A program made the translations under genes and the position numbers. A DNA stretch of 64,000 bases from assembly GCA_030167865.1 (NCBI GenBank), contig JALAGF010001309.1:1-64000 (forward strand). The letters run 5' to 3'. Of the stretch, positions 1-9,982 are shown piece after piece (positions within the stretch are counted from its first letter, which is position 1; each line of letters opens with the position of its first letter). Source of the DNA: Craspedostauros australis (lineage: Eukaryota). The notes below the pieces were generated by a model. It was given only the letters and a program-made list of their open reading frames with translations. It did no database searches and was not told the DNA's origin.

Positions 1-661
1 CAGCATCGAAACATCCACATTCGGCAGCGAGTTCACCGCGCTCAAGGTGGCGACGGAGATCGTCATCGGCATGCGCTACAAGTTGCGTATGATGGGCGTC
101 CCCATGGACGGCCCCACAGACATGCGCGTCGACAACCAGAGCGTTGTGTACAATGCCTCACTCCCCGCATCACAGCTACGAAAGAAAGCCAACGCCATTG
201 CATATCACTTTGTCCGAGAAAGCATCGCGGCGGGTGTGATGACCGTCTCATACGAACCATCAGAAACCAATCTCGCCGACATGCTCACCAAACCACAATC
301 AGGGCCAAGACGAACCATTCAAGCACAATGTGTTTTATTCTAACAGACAGACTGCGCGACAGTACCCAAGGATGGTCGGCCACGGATTCAATCCGTGGTG
401 GATGGGATGAGCGCCCTGTGGTGCCCACGCATGGGGCATGCAGCAGGTACATACCATGTGAAATGAAATTGTGACGATCCGACAGTCAGCAGAGCCACAG
501 CGAATCGAGGGGACCAAACAGGGATACGTGTGAAACGGTTAAAACGGGGTTAACGTGCGAACACGGGCATCGCCCAACAACAGGAGAACAGTGTACTCTC
601 TGACAATCCTACACGACCCTATAATCCTTATAATCTGAATCCTTTGGGTTTCCAACCCTCA
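1..661 (+). mobile_element. 3' end of a Ty1/copia LTR retrotransposon (diatom CoDi-like): RNase H, putative polypurine tract and probable 3' LTR; the right boundary is approximate
   Basis: Copia RNase H coding sequence at 2-343. A purine-rich tract AATCGAGGGGA lies at 503-513, followed by non-coding sequence with a candidate ...CA terminus at 660-661. The 5' LTR is outside the window, so the LTR limits are inferred. Confidence 0.8.
2..343 (+). CDS. pol: Copia-type Pol polyprotein, RNase H domain (5'-partial)
   Basis: The frame is open from base 2: SIETSTFGSEFTALK...LRMMGVP...VDNQSVV...KKANAIAYHFVRE...NLADMLTKP. These match the S(T)xxxE, DN, HFVRE and ADxLTK motifs of Ty1/copia RNase H. Confidence 0.93.
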   Translation, partial: SIETSTFGSEFTALKVATEIVIGMRYKLRMMGVPMDGPTDMRVDNQSVVYNASLPASQLRKKANAIAYHFVRESIAAGVMTVSYEPSETNLADMLTKPQSGPRRTIQAQCVLF

Positions 662-1113
662 ATGACAATGCATGTGTGTGTTAACTTGGGAGAACGAATG
701 AAGAGTGTGACGATGATGGAACAAGAAAGATCACGACGATCCATCATCTGTTGGCCACGGGTGATTGATTGGTGGTTGATTTGACGCCGAGGTGGTTGAC
801 ACGCACAACACAAACGCAAGATAGGTCTCGTTTGCGGGAAACTGCTCGCTTCCAACCAACTCCCAACAGAACTTCGAAGGACTTCGAACAGTGCCACCCG
901 AAACCCGACAAGGCGCACGAGTGGATTGGAATGCACAGACGGAGAGAGGTTGCGGCACAACATCAACATCAGCATCAAGAACAACAACGACACAAGAACG
1001 AAGAGGACGCGAGACGACAGGAACCTGCACGACTGGGAGAGGCCAGAACTCTGAGAAGGACAGGTGTTGTGTCCATAACAACAACGCAACCAACCAACAA
1101 AGGAAGCAAGCAC

Positions 1114-1195
1114 GACAGCAACAGCAACCATAACAGCAACCATAACAGCAACCATAACAGCAACCATAACAATAACCATAACAATAACAATAACA
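1114..1195. repeat. 12-bp tandem repeat (CAGCAACCATAA)x~4 degenerating into AACAAT units, just upstream of the ZNF598 start
   Basis: Read directly: acagcaaccataacagcaaccataacagcaaccataacagcaaccataacaataaccataacaataacaataac. Confidence 0.9.
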
Positions 1196-1226
1196 CAGTG
1201 CAGCAGCAGCAATCAGCAGAAACAAC

Positions 1227-4013
1227 ATGGGAGACCCAAACCCATCGGCGAGCGCGGACGCTGACGCGTCATCCTCGCACTGCCTCGTGTGCTTCTCGGA
1301 CCTGAAAACGCTGCTGAGAGGCAAGACGCCCTGCGGCCATGACGACATCTGCGGCATCTGCCACCTGAGGCTTCGGCACTTGCACAAGGACAACCAGTGT
1401 CCCATCTGCAAGTCGGACAACCAGACCATCATCGTGGACAGGGACGGCAGCGACCAAGCCGCGGAGGCAGACGCAGATGAAGATGCCAAAGCAGAAGGTG
1501 CTGCCGATCGTGAGCACATCCCCATGTGCTTCGAGGACTACCCCATGTGGGGCGATGACATCGGGCCGAACTACACCTTCCGAGACACCGTCGGCATGTT
1601 CTTCCCCACGCCTTACTACAACTCCGACATCCTGCCGCTCTTCGGGTACCGTTGCCATCAGTGCGACTTCGACCCTGCCGATCCGTCCACAACTCAAAAT
1701 GAGATGTACCAAGATGGCAACAATGGCAACAATGGAAAGAACGGCAAGGGAAAGAACAACAACAACAACAACAACAACAAGCGGAAAAAGCCAAAGTCCC
1801 ACCTCCGACAGCTCCAGGACCACCTGCGGCAGAAGCACGGAAAGTCCATGTGTCAACTCTGCATCGATCACAAGCGGGACTTCGTCACCAATCTGCCTAG
1901 AATGATCCCTCGCGTCCTCCAGAATCACATGAGGAAGGGGGATGGCGTGGAATCCGGCTTCACGGGTCACCCGGTGTGCGAGTTCTGCCATCCCAAGCGC
2001 TTCTACTCGCTGCAGGAGCTCCACACGCATTTGCAGAAGGACCATTACATGTGCCACGTCTGCGAGCAGCAGGGCAAGCCGGACCAGTACTTCAAGAACT
2101 ACAAGTCGCTGGAGAAGCACTTCGACCGTCAGCACTTCCTCTGCAGAGACGTCCAGTGCCTCGCCGCGCGTTTCGTCGTCTTTCACAATGAGATCGATTT
2201 GCGGGCGCACGAGCTGTCGGTGCACGGTGGCACGGCGACCGGGTCCAACAAGCTCCAGCTGGAGTTCAAAACGCGCCGAGCCAACGCTCCGGGCGGACTG
2301 CAGAGCGCGGATCAGCTGGAGGAGCGCGCCACGGATTCGGTTCACGACTACAACGTCGATGGCCAGGTCTTCGTCCCAGAAGCCCTCCCCAGCACGCGGG
2401 GCAATCAGACCATGGAGGATAATCACGAATCCCTGCATCCGCTGCACGTGCAGAGAACGGCGGAGCTGCGTGAGCACGCTGCCAGAGTCCGTGGCACCAC
2501 AGAAGTCGCCGTCGAATCGTTTCCCACGCTCAGCGAGAGCAACGCTCCGGCAGACAACAACGCCGCGGCCGCAGCAAATCGCCTGCGCGTCGGCTGGTCC
2601 GAAGGAAGCGGCGTGCAAAGGATACAGGCTCACGGCCGACCCGCGGGCAGGGTGACGGAGACGGACTTTCCATCGCTGGGATCGTCTTCGGCGGGCGGCA
2701 GGTCTCGTGGTCCGTCAGGAGTTGTGGCTCGCGGTTCTGCGCAGCACCGTCAGTTCAATGCAATCACGCAATCCGCATCGCAGCCACCTGCCCCGCAGTC
2801 ACGGCCTCAATTCGCTGGAACATCGTACGGTCACGCTGCTTCCATGGCGCCTTCGACGATGCAGAACAATGCGAGGAATATGTTCACGCTATCTCCTGCA
2901 TCCGCAGCCAAACCATCCACAGCCAATCGCACGAAGGATCTCGCGCCGGATAACTTCCCATCATTGTCGGGAGGAACGCCAGCATCAAGCCGCCAGAACG
3001 GATCCAATCAGTACTCCGCTGCCAACGCACTGGCGAAACGGCTCAGCCAGCAGACCGTGTCCTCCAACAATACGGCGTCTGCCTTTCCAGCTCTGGGTGC
3101 GCCTACTAGCAAACCACCCGCGACGCGCGCTGCTCCAAAGCCAAAGCAGGCACCCAGCATCAACAGCGCCACCAATTTCCCAGCCATGTCCCCGGCGGCT
3201 CCAAACATTGCGCAGATGGCACGCGAGCGCGTCATGACACGTGGAGACAACTCGACCAGTCAGCAGGCAAACGTCTTGCAGGCGCCGCCGATGACAGCGC
3301 ACGCCGCCAAGGTCACTCTCGTCGACATGAAGGCGTCGCTTGGGCCAGCAAAATTCAAACAGCTCAAACGCCTCACCAAGGACTTCAGCGAATCCAGTCT
3401 CTCCCCCGAAGGCTACGTGGACCAAACCGCGGCGCTCTTCAAGGCGGGGTACGCCGATCCGGACTTTTGGAGCTACCTTCCCAACCTCTTGGAATCCTGC
3501 CCAAACGAAAGTGCCGCCATGCACGCGCTGTCCTACATGACGAGCCTCAAACGTCAGCAATCCAACCAAAGTGTGAAAGGCGCGAAGGGTGCCGGCGGCA
3601 AGAAGGCGAAGGCCTCCTCGTGGTCCAACCGCACCCCATCCATTCCGGCATCGACCATGAAGCAACCGCCGACCAGCGGCGGCTGGGGTGGCGCTGCCGT
3701 CAAAAAGGCACCGCCAACGATGACTCGTTTGCAACCAAAACAGCAACTCACAGCCCAACGTTTCGCTCGCGCCGGTGCAGTCCCGGCCGCGCAGAAGAAA
3801 AAGAGTGCATGGGGTGGTGGCTCCACCGCAGCCGTGACGAACAACGCCAAGGCTCCCGTCAGCGCCGCGAAGCTATCAGTTGCCGCGGCCACGCAAAAAC
3901 CGCAAGGTGGCACCGCCACCAAGTACATGGCGAATCAGCAAAAGAAGAGCGGTGGTGGCAAGAAGAAGAGCAAAAAGAAGAACGAGCTGCGAGATTTGGC
4001 GTTTGGCAAGTGA
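1227..4013 (+). CDS. ZNF598: ZNF598/Hel2-like RING E3 ubiquitin ligase (ribosome-collision sensor), 928 aa, single exon
   Basis: N-terminal RING (CLVC...CGHDDICGIC...CPIC) is followed by C2H2 fingers (GHPVCEFC..FY...L..H...H; C.VC; YF.NY..LE.HF...HFLC). A low-complexity region carries repeated FPxL motifs, and a C-terminal helical PAH-like segment follows. This is the Hel2/ZNF598 architecture. Confidence 0.9.
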   Translation: MGDPNPSASADADASSSHCLVCFSDLKTLLRGKTPCGHDDICGICHLRLRHLHKDNQCPICKSDNQTIIVDRDGSDQAAEADADEDAKAEGAADREHIPMCFEDYPMWGDDIGPNYTFRDTVGMFFPTPYYNSDILPLFGYRCHQCDFDPADPSTTQNEMYQDGNNGNNGKNGKGKNNNNNNNNKRKKPKSHLRQLQDHLRQKHGKSMCQLCIDHKRDFVTNLPRMIPRVLQNHMRKGDGVESGFTGHPVCEFCHPKRFYSLQELHTHLQKDHYMCHVCEQQGKPDQYFKNYKSLEKHFDRQHFLCRDVQCLAARFVVFHNEIDLRAHELSVHGGTATGSNKLQLEFKTRRANAPGGLQSADQLEERATDSVHDYNVDGQVFVPEALPSTRGNQTMEDNHESLHPLHVQRTAELREHAARVRGTTEVAVESFPTLSESNAPADNNAAAAANRLRVGWSEGSGVQRIQAHGRPAGRVTETDFPSLGSSSAGGRSRGPSGVVARGSAQHRQFNAITQSASQPPAPQSRPQFAGTSYGHAASMAPSTMQNNARNMFTLSPASAAKPSTANRTKDLAPDNFPSLSGGTPASSRQNGSNQYSAANALAKRLSQQTVSSNNTASAFPALGAPTSKPPATRAAPKPKQAPSINSATNFPAMSPAAPNIAQMARERVMTRGDNSTSQQANVLQAPPMTAHAAKVTLVDMKASLGPAKFKQLKRLTKDFSESSLSPEGYVDQTAALFKAGYADPDFWSYLPNLLESCPNESAAMHALSYMTSLKRQQSNQSVKGAKGAGGKKAKASSWSNRTPSIPASTMKQPPTSGGWGGAAVKKAPPTMTRLQPKQQLTAQRFARAGAVPAAQKKKSAWGGGSTAAVTNNAKAPVSAAKLSVAAATQKPQGGTATKYMANQQKKSGGGKKKSKKKNELRDLAFGK

Positions 4014-4384
4014 GCGCATGCTGCGATGGTCTGTCGATGAATCAGGATCATGCATTAGCATAGTCAAGCAATGGCATGGCACGGCATGAAAGGACAGGAC
4101 ATGACATGGAGTGGCAGAGTAGTTGCATACCTCCGCCCTCTAGAGAGAGGATTATCTTATTAATCTCCTCTGTATGCAATCTTGTGCTAAATATTCGTTT
4201 TCAAATACTTGTTCATTGTTCATGAAATGCGTTGGAGTAGTCGTAGGTGCAGGCATGTCAAAGTCGATTGGCATTTTGACAGTTGTTCTTCCCCCAAAAT
4301 GTGCCGACTGTCCAAAGCATGAAGACTGGAGAATATGCCTGCTTCGAGTAGTAGAGTACTCGTCAGCCACCGATCAACGTTCGA

Positions 4385-5902
4385 TCAACGTTCGATCAAC
4401 GCGAGAATCTGGAGAAGTTCAAAGATCGTGTCAGACCTACACCACGTCTGCCAATCGCCGCACATCGCGATCATGTGCTTCACCAACGCGGAGTTATCGC
4501 GCTCGTTGCGTTGTTGGGTGAATATCTCTCGAGATCTGCCAACAGTACGTTCCAAGAGTCGCCCCCTCAACATCGGAAACACGTAATCATTCCACGTATC
4601 ATGTGGCATCCCGGACGCCAAATCTTCCGAGTCCACGTTTGTCAATGCCTTGTTGTCCTCGATGGCTGTGATGAGTTGCTGCCCGAGGGCCTCTTTGTTC
4701 TTGGCATATTCCGGACTCCATGTACGAGGGTCGTAGGTGTTCACGGTCACGTCATGCAAATGCGGGCACTTCACCAGTGCAATGAAATGTTTGTAGAATG
4801 TTTGTCTCACCGTGGACAAATTGAAGTTAACCTTGTTGATGCTCTTTTGCTTGGAGATGGCCTTCACCATCCGTCCGAATAGATCGGCGGTGAGCAACGG
4901 GAAAGGCAGCGCGTCCACCTCCATGTAACAGAGATGCTTTATGCTGGAGACCCAAGGAAGGAATGCCTCGAGGTCCGTGAAGCTTCTTGTGGAGAGCTTG
5001 CTAATGCTCACCGCCTCCACGATAGGACGGAAATGTGGATCAGCCGAGACCAAGTTCTTAAACTCTCCACGATCGTTGGCCAGCAATTGAACCTCCTCAA
5101 ACACTACTTCCGTAGACGCTTGTACAGCCACCTTCAGGGCAGGTGCGTCGATTGTCATGCATTCGAATTTGATGATATCCATTGGTTTCATCTCGTGGTG
5201 AAAATTCCTGTGCCGGTTGTGCGGATCTTCCCCACCGGCTGATGCTTCGCCGGACCCGGTCATCTCCAGAAAGAGCCTTGGAGATACCAAGGCATTCGCC
5301 CATGCTGTTGTGGCTGTTCGCCCGTGCAGCACGTACAGGAAACGGCAAAGGGCTCGCGAAGCATTCATCTTCAAATGCTCTGATGCCATGCAGCGCTTCT
5401 CGTTCTTGCATTCCATGATCGAGATGACGATGTTTTGCATGCGCACCTCGCTGCCGGTGTTCTCCGGGAACACTTGGTTGTCCGGTGTTTGGGTGATGTG
5501 GATCTCCTCGAACACGATCCGCCCATACTTCTTCGTAACCTCAATCAGCTGCTTCCAAGTGTAGCCGCGTTCCAGAATGATGTCCCAATCCACATGAGAA
5601 GCGTCCAAGATGGGGACCACCTTGGTGCGCCGAGGCATCATCGTGGAGTAGGTCTTCACAATTGACGGAAATGCCCGTGCCCCCGAGGCGTCTTTCGTGG
5701 ACGTGGACGTGGCGAAGCGCGCAGCCAAGCTGTGTGCTTTGGCTTTGGTCGCTGGTTTCAGCGAAATCTTCCCAGTCAGGATACTCCACATCTGGTTGGT
5801 GTGATGGGACACGAGTTTGTCGGTCTCTTGGGCTGATGCTCCTGCAGCATCTCCACCCTTGTGCCTCTTGGCAGGGGGGTCCTGCTCACGTCCACTCGTC
5901 AT
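4385..5902 (-). CDS. Hypothetical protein, possibly with a degenerate LRR/RNI-like C-terminal half
   Basis: Uninterrupted ORF of about 505 codons from ATG 5902. An N-terminal PPAKRHK segment resembles an NLS. The C-terminal half has LRR-like spacing (SIKHLCY, SINKVNF, HLHDVTV, DNKALTNV) and ends in IFELL. The family assignment is tentative. Confidence 0.65.
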   Translation of the reverse strand: MTSGREQDPPAKRHKGGDAAGASAQETDKLVSHHTNQMWSILTGKISLKPATKAKAHSLAARFATSTSTKDASGARAFPSIVKTYSTMMPRRTKVVPILDASHVDWDIILERGYTWKQLIEVTKKYGRIVFEEIHITQTPDNQVFPENTGSEVRMQNIVISIMECKNEKRCMASEHLKMNASRALCRFLYVLHGRTATTAWANALVSPRLFLEMTGSGEASAGGEDPHNRHRNFHHEMKPMDIIKFECMTIDAPALKVAVQASTEVVFEEVQLLANDRGEFKNLVSADPHFRPIVEAVSISKLSTRSFTDLEAFLPWVSSIKHLCYMEVDALPFPLLTADLFGRMVKAISKQKSINKVNFNLSTVRQTFYKHFIALVKCPHLHDVTVNTYDPRTWSPEYAKNKEALGQQLITAIEDNKALTNVDSEDLASGMPHDTWNDYVFPMLRGRLLERTVGRSREIFTQQRNERDNSALVKHMIAMCGDWQTWCRSDTIFELLQILALIER

Positions 5903-6468
5903 GTGATAAGACACGACCTATGAAGTGGTATGGTGGGAGGTACGAGCGTTGATTCCAGTCTCGAGGCAGGATTATGTGCCGCGTGCATCGCAAACTTGGT
6001 GATGAGCGCAACAGAAAGTGGATGACCATGGGAGAAGACTCGGCGCGTTTTTGCTCTTGACTTGTTTCGCGAAATTGGAAACACAACGTTTTGGTTTGAC
6101 ATTTTCCGCAACTTGTCGCCACAAAGAAACGCGAAGAACTCTTGAGACGCATTTTCAGTCGTTAAACAAGAAACGTGTTGGTGAAAGATGCCAATTCGCC
6201 AGACACAGAAGGTCACGCACCAGAAATAGAGAGGGATTGGATGGAGAATAGTAGAACACAAGCTATGTACACAGAGTAGAGATGGCCCGCCGAGATGAAT
6301 TGAAGGTGTAGAACCATGAAAGAAAAGATACGCTGGAGCTTGCTCAGGTTGAGGAGTGGGACGAGTTCTCCGACTACCACTCGAATACCTTACGCATGCA
6401 AGTAGAATATTATAACAGAATATAGTATTGTATATCTACAACCTAAATGGAACATCGGCATGATCCAA

Positions 6469-8584
6469 CTAGACGCAGCCAATGCTGTGAGGCTTCTTGA
6501 AGTCATGAAGGTGAAACCAAGCATTGGCACCGTATTTGATGCCTTTCTCGACTGGGAGAGCCTGATGGGTTGTCCTGAAATCCCTCAGAGTGGGTTCGTC
6601 ATTCTCGACGCTTGGCCACAGGACTGCCCTTCCGCGTTTCGGTGTCACGGTGATGTCGAGCTGGTCGAAGTTGGTGCCGCCGCCGGCCTCGACGTCATTC
6701 AGGTAGAGGTACATGGTGAGGATTCGTGGACCGCACTGACGCTTGTAATGGTGCCGAATGTAATCGTGGTGAACTTGGTAAAACTGGACAGTGCGGAATG
6801 TGCAGATGGGACGATGGGCGCGTGAGTCAGCGAGGGGGGAGAGAGAGAGACATACCCAGAGAGCCAAGGGTTGAAGATGTACAATGCGGAAGTGAGGCGA
6901 TGGACTTGAATGACGCAACCAACCAGCTGTGCTTCTTTCTGTGCCATTGCGTTGGTGCTGCAAGCACAAGAACAAATACACGCACAACAGTAACAACGAG
7001 GCAACATAATCGTACCTGACCCTCTTCATACCGCAGCAGCTGCAGGTGTTCGCTGTTGTCTTCTGGAATGCCTGTAATGTTGGATAGCTTCCGCAGTACA
7101 GCCTGCGCCTTTTCATCTGACGAACACTTGTCTCCGCACCAGGCATTCGTGGAAGTTCTTCCGCTATTGACGGATTTGCTGAAGGTTCCGTCCGCCTTCT
7201 TCTTTCCAACATCCGAGCTTCTTTGGTAGCCCTCTCCACCACCCAATTCGATCAATCGTTCGGCCTCATCCGCGGACACCACGTCTTCCATGGTGATGAC
7301 CCAGGGCCCATTGGTTGTCTCGGGTGATGACAAGATCTGCACTGAAAATTCAGATTTGTAGGGCTCCGACGTCAAGAGCTGGAACATGGCATCTAGATCG
7401 CCAGGTCCCCACGCATGTGGTACGTCAGGATCCAGCGGGCATCGTCCCTCGATCGTCATTGATTCGCATGTGTTGCAGGCCGGAGCGCAATGCAACTCCA
7501 TGTCTGCGTGTGGAATGACATGGTATGGAGTAAATGTAAGTGTAGATGTGGAAGGAAGAGAGATAAAAGGGGAGAGACAAAGTCAGTTGAAATCACTTCG
7601 AGTTGTGATGACGATGACGATGACGGTGCTGATGACAACGACAGCATTGGTGAACAATCACAGGCCTTATGGATCCTCCCATATTGCCTCAAAACTCAAT
7701 GACGAAAAACACTATGCGAGCTTAGACTCACATTTTGAATTGCTCTGGCATTCTCCTCGCAATGCCCACCATGAGCACTTTTCGTGATGATTCTTGCACG
7801 TTTCTCGGATGTCATTACCAATCACGATGGGGACGACCTTGTCCATGTAATTTTGTGACTTCTTGACGATGTACTCAATGTCTTGCGCTTTGGTTCCATC
7901 CGGGAGATACATCGTCTGTGGCACACCAATGTCGGCTCCCCTGCGCAGACTGGAACGACCGAGTCGCTTGCTGCTGCAAATCTGACATGCCTTGCGACAG
8001 GATGTGAGCATGTAGTTTGGATTGGCCATGCACTCCCCTTCTCCTGCCCATTCCCCACATCGGTCATCTTCATCGAAGCAACTTCCGTCGCGCAACTCTG
8101 GTTCGCAAATATCACAAGTCACGCGGCAGGTTTGATGCATGAACTTTGGGTTGGTGGTGCATTCACCCGATTCTCCCCATTCTTTGCACATGTCATCTTC
8201 GTCGAAGCAGGTCTCCACGAAAGGTTCTTCATCTCCCACCTCCTCTTCTTCGTCTTCGTCGTCATCATCCTCGTCGTCGTCTTCATCGTCGTCGTCTTCT
8301 TCCTCATCATCATCTTCTTCTTCCTCCTCATCGTCGCCGTCGTCGTCTTCATCGTCTTCTTCGTCATCTTCAACTATTCTAGCTTCCAGATCGTTCTCAA
8401 ATCGCTCGATGTTGTCAGGAGCAGCATTGCTGGTGATTGTGGGATGCGCATCATCGTTGTGTTGAGGGCAGTCTGTGTTGGTACAAAACGAAGTGGCCTC
8501 AGATTCGTCGATGCTTTGCACTCCCCAGCTGCAGCACGCAACGACCACAAAACAGATCGTGAGCACTCGTGACGGATGCATCAT
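6469..8584 (-). CDS. P4H: Secretory-pathway prolyl 4-hydroxylase (2OG-Fe(II)) with three ShK domains; exons 8584-7732, 7503-7016, 6783-6469 (551 aa)
   Basis: Signal peptide, Asp/Glu tract and three ShK modules (C.D....C..W...GEC..NP..M...C...C..C). Intron 1 (GTGAGT..CAG) joins NSK-Y-MELHCAPAC and completes the third ShK. Intron 2 (GTACGA..CAG) joins LQLLRYEEGQ-FYQVHHD. The catalytic HxD, YLNDV..GGGT.F, H.ALPV..G.K motifs are intact. Confidence 0.92.
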
Positions 8585-9554
8585 GTCTTCTCAGTATACA
8601 TTGACGTTGCGTGGATTGGCAGGTGTCGTAGATTATACCGAGTGGCGCTTCAGACGCAGTCGCTGTCGTCGGAGATGATCTCTTGTATGGTGGGCGACAG
8701 AAAGTGTTGATGCTGTTCCTCAACAGCAATGCGTCATTGTGGTGCGTTGGATACAGTTCGGTTTCGTTTGTGTCAACACATGGCGCCTCTTCTCTGTCCG
8801 TTGTAACGGAAAGTAACGTCTATTTGAACAACACGACGGAATCGCCATCCGCAGATGCGCGCTCACGTTTTGGATGAACACATGAACATGTGTGATGGCC
8901 AACGAGTACGATTGCGAGTACGGGGAGGCAGAGAGACAGAGAGATAGCAAGATCCATGTAGGTTGCGCGATGATGGATGTCGATAGAGAGTGGAATGAAT
9001 GCTCCAGACGCATGGGCTCCAAGTCTGAAGCAGCTGACGTCTTCAGGAGAACATTGTTTCGTCAGATTCCAACACGGAGTTGCTGCGACGGGAGCATGCT
9101 TCGAAGGAATGGCTTTGAGGGGATGTTCATCTTTGTATTCCAAACATACTCCCCTGCCGTTTGCGGACGAGTTCAATGCAACGCAGAGCTGGGTTGCTGG
9201 ATGTCAGCTTATTGTCTTCACATTGCAAACTTCGATTGGTGGACTTGTTGCCTCCGAGACTTGATCTGCCTGCTATGTCTGTCGCAGAAGAGTGTGCGAG
9301 AGCGAAGACTATCCGATCGCTACATTCTCCCATATCGACCATTCCCACGAGGAATGTAATGCCTCGCCCCATGCTGTCTCCCATTATACTTGCGCTGAAA
9401 CTCGGTTTACTTGTTCTGAAAAGAAACATGGACTTCCTGTGCTCATCTCCCACCATCGTTTTTCGGGGCGGACTCACTTTTCTACGGCGAACTCCTTTGA
9501 TGGATTCTGGCATCGTGTTCACAACTGGGAAAAGGATAGCACATGCATGTGTCC

Positions 9555-9557
<3 letters not shown>

Positions 9558-9598
<41 letters not shown>
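9558..9598. repeat. (CT)n microsatellite, about 20 units
   Basis: Read directly. Confidence 0.95.
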
Positions 9599-9602
<4 letters not shown>

Positions 9603-9982
9603 ATAGAGAGAGTGGGGGTTGGAGCAGATCGTACCGAACCGACACGTCCCAAAGGAAAGACCATGTTGGGACAACAACCGCCGATTCGCTATTCCTTTCC
9701 AGTCGTGCATACGATTGTACGATCGCCTGACAGACGGCCCAAACCACAACCAACAACGAAAAATTCCACGCCACGCCGCTCACTTTCCTCTTCTTCGTTT
9801 TATTCTTCTTCTGTAGTTGGCGGCAGCGTGTTCCACAACGTGTTCCGCAGCGTTGCAATGGCGGAAGAGCGGAGGCATCTTCCCTGAGCATCGCAAGAGC
9901 ACTCGCCATCGTAATCCAATTCGCACAAGATTGTTGACAGCTGGAACGTCGAGAGAAGACTTGAGCAGATAGGATCCGTACC

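Noticed and set aside
1114-1195. Repeat array considered as CRISPR-like or telomeric
   Set aside because: The units are contiguous with no unique spacers, the context is eukaryotic, and the unit is not a TTAGGG-type repeat.
628-1525. Overlapping ORFs with VMVA, CCYG, NHNS or LLLW repeats
   Set aside because: All are translations of the same 12-bp tandem repeat in the ZNF598 upstream region.
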